DNA of 64,000 nt from an uncultured Anaerolineae bacterium. GTDB taxonomy: Bacteria > Chloroflexota > Anaerolineae > Promineifilales > Promineifilaceae. Of this stretch, positions 36,984 to 46,028 are shown piece after piece. The notes below the pieces were generated by a model. It did no database searches. It was given only the letters and a program-made list of their open reading frames with translations, and was not told where the DNA came from. The DNA is taken from contig CAJQMR010000043.1 of the NCBI GenBank assembly GCA_905479495.1, forward strand, positions 2,979 through 66,978, read 5' to 3'. Both the position numbers and the translations under genes were made by a program. Each line of letters starts with the position of its first letter. Position 1 is the first letter of the stretch.

Positions 36984-39533
36984 TTAATCATCGTCATCAT
37001 GATCGTCGTCATGGTCACCACCTTGACCGCAGGGACCCAGCGTATCGCCATGCCCCAGATGGCCGTTTAGGCCAGATTCAGAGATAGTGAGCGTATTCCT
37101 ATCTTTGTGGCAAATCGTTACTCGATTGTCGCTACTATCGTCAGCGTTATCCCCATCGTCGCCATCATTACCTGGACCAGGCGTCGTGTCTATCACCACC
37201 TGAATTACAATGATATTAATAACCACTACCGTATCATCATCACCCAGGCAAATGTTGATAGCAATGGTGCTGTTGGGCACTAGGTTACCGTCCACTTGAA
37301 CATCATCATCCAGCGTGATGTTGGGCCAATTAGCCAGCGTGATTTGCGAGCCGTTAATGGTGGTGATGCGGGTGTGAATAGTAAAGCAGCCGGTTGTGGG
37401 AGGCAGCAACGGCCGTATCCACACAATCTCCCAACTGCCATCATCGGCCAAGCGAGCCGCCACCTGCACCAGACTGCCTTCCGTGATGTCGTCAGCAATG
37501 TCTGATTCATCCGTGGCCAGCAGCATGATGCCATTAACCAGCCACGGGTCGGTGCTTTCTACCTCGCCGGTAAAGTAGATGATGGTCTCATCCGTTGGCT
37601 GATTATCCAGCAGCTTGATTTCTTCGGCCAGCCAGGTGCCATCGGCCAAAATGATGCCTTCTACTTTGACTAGACTGCCGGGCTCAACGGCCGTATCAAT
37701 CTCTATCCATTCATCTGTGGTCAGAGCAATACCAGCTACCACCCAGGGATCGATGGTTTCCACCAGCCCGGTAAACTCAAATTTGGCCATGTCATCATCA
37801 TCATCATCGTCTACGGCTTTGATTTCATGGGCCAGCCAGATACCTTCCAGCGTGATTTGGCCTTCAACCTTCACCACATCGCCTACGGCCGGATCGTCTT
37901 TGATTTCAGTGTCGGCAGCTACAGCAACCGTAATACCAGAAATTGTCCAGCTTTCCGCGCCGATGGTTTGCACCACGCCCGTAAATTCAAATGGGGAGCC
38001 ATCAGGCGTTTGCTTCTGAATGCGCCGCGCCAGCAGGCTGCCGTCTTGCAGAATCACGCCGGTTACTCGTACCCAATCATCCAGCTCAATGTCAGGATCA
38101 ACGGCCGTTTCTTCATCCAACAAAATAACCAAATCACCCAACAGCCACTGGTCGGCAGCCATGTCGGTCACAACGGCCGTGAGAGTGAACATATCTTGCG
38201 GCACTTCACGCGCCAGCACAATCTGGTCAGCCACCTTAGTGCCATCATCCAGCAAATGGCCTTGCACCGTCACCCAGTCGCCCAACTGTGGATTCCCCAC
38301 GATGACCGTTTGCGCATCGGTAGCAAACGTTTGGCCACCGATGGTCCAGCTTTCGCCCATTTCCGTCACTTCGCCTTCACCGCTCACCTGGAAAACAGGA
38401 TCAGCAGGCGGTTCATCTGCCAAAATGGTGCTGAGCTGACCAGCCATTACCGACACGGTGACGTTGATGCTCGTCACATCGACACGACCTTCCAGCACGG
38501 TGTAGCGGCTGGTGAGATCGGGCAAAACAGAAACTTCGAAAACTGTCCCACGAGCAATCCCTGTACCAGAAGGCGATTGCACCTCATAGCGGGAGCCACC
38601 ATCGTGGCGGAAGGCAACCTCATGGGTGCTGTCGCCGCGCCATTGCGTCATGACAACGGTACGGAACCCTTCTTCTGGCCGCAGGGCGTTGAGTGTGTCG
38701 ATAGAGATTTCGCTGTCTGGCCCAAGTTTGGCCACGCTGCCATCAAAAAAGGTGAGGCTGGCTTTGGACAGCGCCCCGGTACGAACCCGGGTCCCAGCAG
38801 CCAAACTGCTTAATGAATGAACCTGTTCCCAGTTGCCATCCGGCTTCTGCACGGAAACCACCCCTTGCAGATCGCCTAAAACGGCCGTTTGTGGACCCGT
38901 TTGCAAAGGAAGTACCACGTTGGGTAAGAAAAGATCGTAAGCTGGATCGTCTTCAGGCACGGCCGCGACCGCTGGGGCTTCATCGGCATCCATTGCCCCG
39001 CTGGCCACAGGAGATGCCTCATCTGTTGACTCGTCTGCCACCTCTTCATCCCGGCCAAACAGTCGATCGATCAGGGAACTCCCATCAGTCTCGCCGTCTT
39101 GCGCTGGACGATCATCATTTTGCTCCAGCACCGTAGCACTGTTATCTGTACCACGCTCGAACCAACCAGTGGCAAAGCCAAAAATAACAAGCAACATGGC
39201 GGCAAAAGCCGTCGCGCCTACCGCCACGGCTTGATGGCTGCGCAACCATGATACAAACGCGGCAAAAGCAGCAAACTTGCCTTCACCCGGCTGGTTTGCC
39301 ACTGCTGTATCTGACAGTTGTGCTTGTGCCGCTCGCAAAACGGCCGCTCTGTGGTGCACAACGGCCGTTTCATCCGGTTCCGGTAAGGTGATTTCTTTTA
39401 ATTCGGCGGCGAGGTTGAGGGCAACGGCCGTCTCATCTGGCAAATCCGCCCCAGCGGTGGTCAACGGCTCCCCAGCCTCCAGTCGCGCCAATCTTTCCTG
39501 TAATAGTTCGTCTTGTTCGTTCATTGTGTGCAT
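36984..39533 (-). CDS. Membrane-anchored FecR-domain protein with five or more DUF5666-like repeats (putative anti-sigma factor)
   Basis: 849 aa. Short cytoplasmic N-terminus, one TM, a FecR-like segment (GTRVRTGALSKASLTFFDGSVAKLGPDSEISI) and repeated modules of the type VKVEG.ILADGTWLAEEIK. Also has a poly-Asp tract and the C-terminal motif TICHK...GHLGHGDTLGPC followed by GGDHDDDHDDDD. Confidence 0.7.
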   Translation of the reverse strand: MHTMNEQDELLQERLARLEAGEPLTTAGADLPDETAVALNLAAELKEITLPEPDETAVVHHRAAVLRAAQAQLSDTAVANQPGEGKFAAFAAFVSWLRSHQAVAVGATAFAAMLLVIFGFATGWFERGTDNSATVLEQNDDRPAQDGETDGSSLIDRLFGRDEEVADESTDEASPVASGAMDADEAPAVAAVPEDDPAYDLFLPNVVLPLQTGPQTAVLGDLQGVVSVQKPDGNWEQVHSLSSLAAGTRVRTGALSKASLTFFDGSVAKLGPDSEISIDTLNALRPEEGFRTVVMTQWRGDSTHEVAFRHDGGSRYEVQSPSGTGIARGTVFEVSVLPDLTSRYTVLEGRVDVTSINVTVSVMAGQLSTILADEPPADPVFQVSGEGEVTEMGESWTIGGQTFATDAQTVIVGNPQLGDWVTVQGHLLDDGTKVADQIVLAREVPQDMFTLTAVVTDMAADQWLLGDLVILLDEETAVDPDIELDDWVRVTGVILQDGSLLARRIQKQTPDGSPFEFTGVVQTIGAESWTISGITVAVAADTEIKDDPAVGDVVKVEGQITLEGIWLAHEIKAVDDDDDDDMAKFEFTGLVETIDPWVVAGIALTTDEWIEIDTAVEPGSLVKVEGIILADGTWLAEEIKLLDNQPTDETIIYFTGEVESTDPWLVNGIMLLATDESDIADDITEGSLVQVAARLADDGSWEIVWIRPLLPPTTGCFTIHTRITTINGSQITLANWPNITLDDDVQVDGNLVPNSTIAINICLGDDDTVVVINIIVIQVVIDTTPGPGNDGDDGDNADDSSDNRVTICHKDRNTLTISESGLNGHLGHGDTLGPCGQGGDHDDDHDDDD

Positions 39534-39553
39534 CCTATCTCAAACCAATAAGG

Positions 39554-40141
39554 TCATAATTCAACTTGTGCCAACGAGGCCCGCATCGTTTTCAGGCCAC
39601 GATGCTGCATCGCTTTCACGGCCGAGAGCGTGCGTTCCATGACATCGGCCGTTTCTTGCAGCGACAGGCCCACCAAAAAGCGCAAAATGATTACCTGTCG
39701 CTGGTCTGGCACCAATGTTTCCAACGTCGCGCGCAGCGTGTCGCGGGTCATCTGCTGCTCCACCTGCCGCACCGGACTTTGCTCCGGCTGTACCACGGTG
39801 GAAGCCTGTTCCAGCGAAGTCAGCTCCTTGCCATTGCCTACACGAAAATGGTCCATCGTTAAGTTATAGGCAATGCGGAACAGCCAGGCGCGAAACGGCA
39901 CCCCGGTCGGCTGAAATGAGGGCAGATGGCGCACCATCCGCGTAAACAGCTCACCAGCCAAATCCTCGGCCTGCTGGCGCTGCCCCACACGGGCATAAAA
40001 GTAATGAAACATGGCACGATAATGTTTATCGAACAGCCGTCCCACTGCTTCTATGTCACCGGATTGTGCTTGGGTAACCAGTTTTAAGTCGTCTTCCAAC
40101 TTGTATTTATCCATAGATTTTTTAGGGTTGTTGATCAACAT
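39554..40141 (-). CDS. ECF-type sigma-70 family factor
   Basis: The 39554..40336 ORF overlaps rsmF. I prefer a start at 40141 (MLINNPKK...) or 40114. Region 2 FRAWLFRIAYNLTMDHFR, region 4 QRQVIILRFLVGLSLQETADVMERTLSAVKAMQHRG. Confidence 0.85.
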   Translation of the reverse strand: MLINNPKKSMDKYKLEDDLKLVTQAQSGDIEAVGRLFDKHYRAMFHYFYARVGQRQQAEDLAGELFTRMVRHLPSFQPTGVPFRAWLFRIAYNLTMDHFRVGNGKELTSLEQASTVVQPEQSPVRQVEQQMTRDTLRATLETLVPDQRQVIILRFLVGLSLQETADVMERTLSAVKAMQHRGLKTMRASLAQVEL

Positions 40142-40220
40142 CTCTACCAAGAGTAACGGCAAATGTCCCAAAAGGATGCAAATTGGTGTGAAAAAGGTTG
40201 GATTTAATAAAAGAGCCGTG

Positions 40221-41630
40221 CTAGAGCTGAACGTCAGCACGTGACCAGGCTTTGGGGAAATGGCTCTCAACCTGGTTCGATTTGGCGTGGAAAACACCCA
40301 ATCCCAGCGGATAGCCACGATAACAGATGACCACATAGCCCGTGTCGGTGCAGGTGGCCGTTTGGGCTTTGCTTGGGTTAATGATTTGGCGTTGCAGGTA
40401 CGCTTTGGCCTGTTCTGTGGTTAGCTCAACGCGGTTGCGGGCAGCCTGCTGGCCCAGCAGCATCGTAGCGGCTGTAGTCATTTTGGGGTAGCGGCTGCCC
40501 GCGCGAATGAAAAACAAACCGGGCGAATCGAGGCGAGGTCTGGTGGGTAACTGCTGATTCTGGCTCACCAAATACACACCCCGCTTACTCCAACGCACGA
40601 TGTCTAAACTCGCAAAAACGGTTTCGTCAAACCCAAACCGCTCCGTTACTGTCCCTAACCACGGCTCCATCTCCACTGCCATCTTCAAATACTGCGCACC
40701 GTTTACCGATAACGGTTCACCGGCTTTCTCAAGAACCGCCACAAAAAAACCTCCGGTGTCATTTTGCTGTGGCCAGATGCGGCTGGCATGGCACAGGTCA
40801 GGGTGCAATGTTTGGCCCTGCCACTCGGTTAGCCCAGGCGAAGCGACCAACCCAGGCACGCTGCTAGGGCACACCCGGAGCATATCGCCCGATTCGCGCA
40901 GGATAGTGTTGATGACCAGCTCATTCTCTTCCGGGGCAAAGGTGCAGGTGGCGTAAACGATGCGCCCACCGGGGCGGCACAGCTGCACTGCCTTACGCAG
41001 CAGCGCGGTTTGAATCCGGGCTATCTTGTGTGACGCTCCCACTGAAGAGCGTTCCAGTATGCTGGGGTCCTTGCGGCAAGTCCCTTCGCAGGAGCAGGGC
41101 ACATCGACCATAATTTTGTCAAACAGCCCCATCTCAGCCGGCAGATTGCCGCCATCCCGCGTCATGGTGGTAACGTTGGCCAGCCCAATGCGGTTGAGGG
41201 CATGGCGGGCGGCACGCATACGGCCGCTGCTGCGATCATTGGCGATGAGCGTGCCCCGGTTTTGCATCATCGCGCCCATTTGGGCCGTTTTGTTGCCAGG
41301 GGCGGCGCATAAGTCCAGCACCCGCTCCCCCGGCTGCGGATCGAGCAGCAGCGCAGGCAGCAGCGCCACCTCCTCCTGTACCTGGTACAGTCCAGCCAGA
41401 TATTCCCAGCGCAGCCCCGGCATGATCTCATCGGGCAGCCGAAATGCGCCTGGATACCAGTTGACAGGCTTGAGCGCCACGCCACCTTCGGCCATCAGGG
41501 TTTGTAGGTTGTCTGCCGTAATTTTTAGGGGATTGGCCCAGATGGTGGTGGGTAACGGCCGTTTCACCGCTGCCACAAAATCATCCCAATCTTCAATTAC
41601 ATCCCGATACCGCTCAAAATAATCTGTCAT
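40221..41630 (-). CDS. rRNA cytosine-C5 methyltransferase, RsmB/RsmF (NOL1/NOP2/Sun) family
   Basis: ORF 40221..41696. I prefer the ATG at 41630 (MTDYFERYRDV...). SAM motif LDLCAAPGNKT, catalytic DVPCSCEG and ATCT. Confidence 0.85.
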   Translation of the reverse strand: MTDYFERYRDVIEDWDDFVAAVKRPLPTTIWANPLKITADNLQTLMAEGGVALKPVNWYPGAFRLPDEIMPGLRWEYLAGLYQVQEEVALLPALLLDPQPGERVLDLCAAPGNKTAQMGAMMQNRGTLIANDRSSGRMRAARHALNRIGLANVTTMTRDGGNLPAEMGLFDKIMVDVPCSCEGTCRKDPSILERSSVGASHKIARIQTALLRKAVQLCRPGGRIVYATCTFAPEENELVINTILRESGDMLRVCPSSVPGLVASPGLTEWQGQTLHPDLCHASRIWPQQNDTGGFFVAVLEKAGEPLSVNGAQYLKMAVEMEPWLGTVTERFGFDETVFASLDIVRWSKRGVYLVSQNQQLPTRPRLDSPGLFFIRAGSRYPKMTTAATMLLGQQAARNRVELTTEQAKAYLQRQIINPSKAQTATCTDTGYVVICYRGYPLGLGVFHAKSNQVESHFPKAWSRADVQL

Positions 41631-41677
41631 AAAGTTGCCATGTGCGTACGTTGTGTCAAAATAAAGTAACAAACGGA

Positions 41678-41715
41678 TAACTGGGTAATTGAGCAATTAT
41701 GTCATTACCCAGTTA
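41678..41715. repeat. Unit-repeat hairpin (TAACTGGGTAAT / ATTACCCAGTTA, perfect 12-bp stem)
   Basis: Located in the divergent intergenic region between rsmF-like and the nitroreductase gene. Confidence 0.7.
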
Positions 41716-41743
41716 CTCAATTACACTTCCCAGGAGACCCAAA

Positions 41744-42400
41744 ATGGACCTTGCACCCGTTGATAAATTATTAACCACCACCCGCTCCGTGCGCAAACGG
41801 CTCGATCTAGATCGGCCTGTGCCGCCTGAAATCATCGAGGAATGTCTAGAGATTGCCATCCAGGCTCCGACCGGCAGCAATTCACAAGGCTGGCACTTTA
41901 TGGTTGTGACCGATGCGGAGAAAAGGGCGCAAATTGGTGAATTGTACAAGCAGTCATTTTTCATTTATGCCCGCTCCAGCCAGGAGCAAATGGAAAGCCA
42001 GGGTAGTCGGGATCATGATCCCGAACAGCAAACGCGTGTAGTGAAATCGGCCGTTCATCTGGCCCAAAATATGCATAAAGTGCCAGTGCTGGTCATTCCC
42101 TGTATTGAGGGGCGGGTGGAAAATTTGGGGCCAATGGCCCAGGCTGGACTGTACGGCTCGATCTTGCCCGCAGCCTGGTCATTTATGTTGGCCTTGCGCG
42201 CGCGTGGGCTGGGCACATCCTGGACCACTTTACATTTGCGCTACGAAAATGAAATTGCAGAGATCTTAGGCATCCCCAAACAGATCACCCAAGCAGCACT
42301 GCTGCCGGTGGCTTACTACACAGGCGATGATTTTAAGCCAGCCAAACGGGTGCCTGCGGTTGAAGTGACCTCTTGGGAAAGCTGGGGCAGTAAGCGGTAA
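41744..42400 (+). CDS. Nitroreductase-family protein
   Basis: ORF 41699..42400. I prefer the ATG at 41744, with AGGAGA 7 nt upstream. Motif TRSVRKRLDLDRPVPPEIIEECLEIAIQAPTGSNSQGWHF. Confidence 0.85.
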   Translation: MDLAPVDKLLTTTRSVRKRLDLDRPVPPEIIEECLEIAIQAPTGSNSQGWHFMVVTDAEKRAQIGELYKQSFFIYARSSQEQMESQGSRDHDPEQQTRVVKSAVHLAQNMHKVPVLVIPCIEGRVENLGPMAQAGLYGSILPAAWSFMLALRARGLGTSWTTLHLRYENEIAEILGIPKQITQAALLPVAYYTGDDFKPAKRVPAVEVTSWESWGSKR

Positions 42401-42480
42401 GAAAAGAATTTCCCCGGAAACTGTCAGCCAGGTTGTGTGCTCGCCAAAAAGCTTCCGGGGAATATATGACAATGCTAAAT

Positions 42481-43059
42481 TTACTCTAGCGAATCGAGAA
42501 AACGGCTGATCCCGCCTTCGTTCCAGTTGTCCTGGTTACCGAAAATCATCAACATGCCAGGGCTACCACTTTTTGTTTCAAACACCCCGATAATTTGCCG
42601 CACATTGTTGCCTTGACCATCGGTGCCTTCATACGTTCCCAATGTGGTCTCAGACCCGTTGATAGTTACATCTTCACTGCCAACATATTCCAGACTCACA
42701 TTTTGACTTCCCGTGCGATTGGCAAAGGCATCTCGCATTTGCTGCTGCATTTGCTCTTCATCTCCAGCCAATGAGGCAGGGAATTCCGCCAGCATGATCA
42801 TTGTTTGATCATCTCGCCCTGAAATGAAGGCCATGCGAAAACCCAAAAAGTTCATCGCGCCCTGCTCTTCAAACCCAGACGGCAAGTCATAATCAACAAT
42901 GGATTCAGCCACTTCGGCTGCTTCAGCAGGGTCATCAATTCCTTCAGCAAAATTCTGGAACATGCGCGGCAGCACCAGGGCAGCCACAATGGCAATCAGA
43001 CAACAAACACCCAAAATGCCACCAATAATGCCAACAACAATTTTTGTATTCCGACTCAT
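42481..43059 (-). CDS. Hypothetical membrane-anchored protein
   Basis: I prefer the ATG at 43059 (MSRNTKIVVGIIGGILGVCCLIAIVAAL), with GGAGGA 7 nt upstream. I recognise no family. Confidence 0.5.
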   Translation of the reverse strand: MSRNTKIVVGIIGGILGVCCLIAIVAALVLPRMFQNFAEGIDDPAEAAEVAESIVDYDLPSGFEEQGAMNFLGFRMAFISGRDDQTMIMLAEFPASLAGDEEQMQQQMRDAFANRTGSQNVSLEYVGSEDVTINGSETTLGTYEGTDGQGNNVRQIIGVFETKSGSPGMLMIFGNQDNWNEGGISRFLDSLE

Positions 43060-43238
43060 TGAAAATCCTCCATTAAGGAACAAATAACAAACGGCCGTAC
43101 TGCGCCATCATGTAATTTAATCAACTATTTTGTAAATCATCCGGTATTAAAGACCGAACCCATCATATTTGTCAACTTGCAACGATTTGTTGTTTCGTTT
43201 TTGGAAAAGCTGCGGTTCATTAACGGCCGTTGTAAAAA

Positions 43239-43268
43239 TTGACGCAGCTGTTCAAAATTAGGTATAAT
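43239..43268 (+). promoter_or_regulatory. Sigma-70 promoter TTGACG-N18-TATAAT upstream of the DAHP synthase gene
   Basis: -35 at 43239-43244 and -10 at 43263-43268. Sequence match only. Confidence 0.55.
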
Positions 43269-43271
43269 TCG

Positions 43272-43287
43272 TTCAAAATATTTTGAA
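43272..43287. promoter_or_regulatory. Perfect 16-bp palindrome TTCAAAATATTTTGAA just downstream of the -10 (candidate operator)
   Basis: An extra half-site TTCAAAAT sits at 43251-43258 inside the promoter spacer. Confidence 0.4.
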
Positions 43288-43301
43288 AGTTATATTATTT
43301 C

Positions 43302-44228
43302 ATGATTGGCACGTCACAAAAATTACTGGATAATCATTCAAATTTTGGCTGGCCTCCCAATCAAAAAGATAAAATAGCAAGGAAAATTGTGAATATCCTA
43401 TCAAAAACGCAAACCCATTCGCCTAACTCACTCCCCGGCGCAATAACCAAACCTGTGAACATTACGTCACAATTTGCCGTGGGTAGCAGCAATGTGGTGT
43501 TGATGGCTGGTCCCTGCTCTGTAGAAAGCTACGCCCAAACGCGCGCGGCGGCCGAAGCCGTGGCCCGCGTGGGCGGTCGCGTTCTGCGCGGCGGGGCGTT
43601 TAAACCGCGTACCTCGCCAGACAGTTTCCAGGGATTGGGCCAGGAAGGGCTAGAAATTCTGCGCGATGTGGCTGATGAATTTGGCCTGTTGGTCATTACA
43701 GAGGCTTTGGCCGTGGAACATGTGCCGCTGGTGGCTCGCTATGCTGACATCATTCAGCTGGGCAGCCGCAACATGCAGCATTATCCGCTGCTGTGGGCCG
43801 TGGGTGAACTGGAAAAGCCAGTGCTGCTCAAGCGCGGCTTTATGTCAACTATTGACGAATGGCTTAAGGCTGCGGAACATATCAGCAGCCGGGGCAACCG
43901 CAACATCATCCTGTGTGAACGGGGCATTCGCACGTTTGAAACCGCCACACGCAACACGTTGGATACCAATGCCATTGCCCTGGCCAAACAACTCAGCCCC
44001 TACCCTGTTATTGCCGATCCTAGCCACGCTACCGGACGCGCTGACCTGGTTTTGCCTGCTGCCCGCGCAGCCATTGCCGCCGGGGCCGATGGTTTGCTGG
44101 TGGAGTTTCATCCCGATCCAGCCAACGCCCTGTCTGATGGTCAGCAGTCGCTGCCGCTCACAATGCTGCCCTATTTTGTTGAAGAGGTAGGGAAAATTAC
44201 GGCCGTTTTTGGCCGAACCTTTACCTAA
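43302..44228 (+). CDS. 3-deoxy-7-phosphoheptulonate (DAHP) synthase, type I-beta
   Basis: 308 aa with motifs MAGPCSVES and LRGGAFKPRTSPDSFQGLG. An alternative GTG start at 43389 has a better RBS (AAGGA). Confidence 0.9.
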   Translation: MIGTSQKLLDNHSNFGWPPNQKDKIARKIVNILSKTQTHSPNSLPGAITKPVNITSQFAVGSSNVVLMAGPCSVESYAQTRAAAEAVARVGGRVLRGGAFKPRTSPDSFQGLGQEGLEILRDVADEFGLLVITEALAVEHVPLVARYADIIQLGSRNMQHYPLLWAVGELEKPVLLKRGFMSTIDEWLKAAEHISSRGNRNIILCERGIRTFETATRNTLDTNAIALAKQLSPYPVIADPSHATGRADLVLPAARAAIAAGADGLLVEFHPDPANALSDGQQSLPLTMLPYFVEEVGKITAVFGRTFT

Positions 44229-44240
44229 AGCAGATACATA

Positions 44241-44292
44241 GGAGATTAGAGACTGGAGATTGCCAATCTCTAATCTCCAGTCTCCAATCTCT
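44241..44292. repeat. Inverted arrays of the heptamer GGAGATT (3 forward, 4 reverse units)
   Basis: Forward: GGAGATT AGAGACT GGAGATT. Reverse: AATCTCT AATCTCC AGTCTCC AATCTCT. The same unit recurs inside trpF at 52314-52334. Confidence 0.8.
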
Positions 44293-44295
44293 TTT

Positions 44296-44748
44296 ATGAC
44301 CAATTTTATTTTCAGCCTGGGTTATTTTGGGCTGTTCCTCATCAGCTTTTTGTCTGCCTCGCTGCTGCCACTAGCGTCTGAAGTTTTTGTTGTGGGCATG
44401 CCTCCATTAGGCTACAACATTTGGCTTGTGACCTTGGTTGCTACCACAGGTAGCTATTGTGGCTCCTTGGTCAATTATGCCATCGGTAAAAAAGGCACAG
44501 ATTTTGTACTGGGTCGCTATGTCAAAATTAACCCCAAAACTTGGGCCAGGGCGGAACAATTCTACGAGCGTTGGGGACCCGTGGCCCTCTTTTTTTCTTG
44601 GGTACCATTTATTGGCGATCCCTTAACGGCCGTTGCTGGCGCCCTCAACATGCATTTAGGGGTCTTCAGCTTTTGGGTATTGTTTGGCAAAACGTTGCGC
44701 TACCTAGTGCTGCTTGGCATCGCTTCCCGCTTCCTGGATATGGTCTAA
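44296..44748 (+). CDS. YqaA/DedA-type membrane protein
   Basis: ORF 44260..44748. The first 12 codons are repeat-derived, so I prefer the ATG at 44296 (MTNFIFSLGYFGLFLISFLSASLLPLASE). Confidence 0.7.
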   Translation: MTNFIFSLGYFGLFLISFLSASLLPLASEVFVVGMPPLGYNIWLVTLVATTGSYCGSLVNYAIGKKGTDFVLGRYVKINPKTWARAEQFYERWGPVALFFSWVPFIGDPLTAVAGALNMHLGVFSFWVLFGKTLRYLVLLGIASRFLDMV

Positions 44749-44929
44749 CCAGGATCATCGGTATGTAACCAGGCCTCCAATTAACAGAAAACTGCTAGAA
44801 TTGGAGCGTCGGCCTGAATTATCATTTCGACAATAACTATCTGTATCTCAATACTTTCAAATGAGACGACACTGGCTACGCTGAGTCTTAAAAAGGAATC
44901 AGCAGATTTTACAGATTAAGCAGACTTCC

Positions 44930-44989
44930 CTCTATTTTCTCTGTGGTTCTCTGTATCTACTCTGCGCAACTCTGTGTCCCTCTTATTTC
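44930..44989. repeat. Six direct CTCTGTG-type units spaced 10-11 nt apart
   Basis: CTCTATTTT CTCTGTGGTT CTCTGTATCTA CTCTGCGCAA CTCTGTGTCC CTCTTATTTC, immediately upstream of the cyclase gene RBS. Confidence 0.7.
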
Positions 44990-45004
44990 AAAAGGAGCAA
45001 CCTT

Positions 45005-45880
45005 GTGAAATTTATCGATCTGACCATTCCGCTTGGTATTGGAACCCCACCCTGGCCCACCTATGAACCCCTCCAGGTGAAATATTTTAAGCGCCTGGCC
45101 CCCAATGGAGCCAATGGACAAGTTGTCACCCACAGCAACCACGTGGGCACCCATCTAGATGGCGAAATTCATTTCTACACCCCCGGCAAAGATATTGCCC
45201 AGCTTGATTTTAATTTTCTGGCAGGCGACGCTGCTATTGTCGATTTAAGTGATGTGTGTGGGGATTATGATGTCTACACGCCAGAGATGATTGAAGAACG
45301 CGTAGAAGTGCGTGAAGGGGACATCCTCATCATCCACACCGGTTACCACCACTTTGGCTGGGACCAGCCGTACGGTAACGAAGTACGCTACATGGTGATG
45401 CATCCCGGCCCGGATGCCCGTTTTGCTAAGTGGTGCATCGACAAAAAGATTAAGTGGATTGGCGTAGACTGCGGCAGCGCCGATCATCCCATGAACACCA
45501 AAATTCGTGACTGGATGCCGGCTCAGGCAGAAGACGCCGATGCCCATTTCCAGGCAAAGTACGGCAAGCCGCTGGCGGAGTATTTCACAAAAGATATGTA
45601 CCAGATGATGCATTTGTGGATGTTTGACAAGGGCATCATCCATGCCGAATGTGTGGGTGGCGACATTGACTTGCTGGTCAACCGGCGGGTACAGGTGGGC
45701 TGCTTCCCCTGGCGCTTTGTCGATGGCGAAGCCAGCATCGCCCGCATCGTGGCTATGGTGGACGATGATGAGTACGAAACTTTGATGGCTAAGAAAGCAG
45801 CCATGCCTAAAACCAAGTTTGGCGACTGCTACGACCCGGTTCATGTGGAGCGGCTGGGCGGTCGCGGGTCGGTTTATTAA
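45005..45880 (+). CDS. Cyclase-family protein (kynurenine formamidase-like fold)
   Basis: 291 aa with a GTG start and AAGGAG upstream. Metal motif HSNHVGTHLDGEIHF. Confidence 0.8.
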   Translation: MKFIDLTIPLGIGTPPWPTYEPLQVKYFKRLAPNGANGQVVTHSNHVGTHLDGEIHFYTPGKDIAQLDFNFLAGDAAIVDLSDVCGDYDVYTPEMIEERVEVREGDILIIHTGYHHFGWDQPYGNEVRYMVMHPGPDARFAKWCIDKKIKWIGVDCGSADHPMNTKIRDWMPAQAEDADAHFQAKYGKPLAEYFTKDMYQMMHLWMFDKGIIHAECVGGDIDLLVNRRVQVGCFPWRFVDGEASIARIVAMVDDDEYETLMAKKAAMPKTKFGDCYDPVHVERLGGRGSVY

Positions 45881-45888
45881 GATTTTTG

Positions 45889-45954
45889 CCACAGAGGGCA
45901 CAGAGGTTTAAGAGGATTTTTTCTTTTACCTCTGTTTCCTCTGTGGCTTTTTTT
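45889..45954 (+). terminator. Long hairpin of CACAGAG/CTCTGTG units plus T7 (intrinsic terminator of the cyclase gene)
   Basis: CCACAGAGGGCACAGAGGT ... ACCTCTGTTTCCTCTGTGG followed by CTTTTTTT. Confidence 0.7.
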
Positions 45955-45960
45955 ATTCTC

Positions 45961-45990
45961 TTGACACCATACCATAAGGTATGGTACAGT
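45961..45990 (+). promoter_or_regulatory. Promoter (TTGACA-N18-TACAGT) overlapped by the palindrome ACCATACC-ATAA-GGTATGGT (candidate TetR operator)
   Basis: The palindrome is at 45966-45985. A third half-site GGTATGGT lies at 46015-46022, just before the TetR ATG. Confidence 0.5.
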
Positions 45991-46028
45991 TCTGCGCAGC
46001 AAAACATACTAAAGGGTATGGTTTTTAA

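Noticed and set aside
39554-40336. The full-length 260-aa version of the second ECF sigma ORF.
   Set aside because: The first 65 codons overlap the 3' end of the rsmF-like gene and contain no sigma-factor sequence. The internal start at 40141 or 40114 gives a normal ECF length.
44241-44292. Heptamer arrays or the 18-bp repeat as CRISPR arrays, or the ISNLQSP-type translations as repeat peptides or RiPP precursors.
   Set aside because: The units are 7-9 nt with no unique spacers, and there are no cas genes. The same units occur in both orientations and in non-coding positions, so the peptide readings are incidental.
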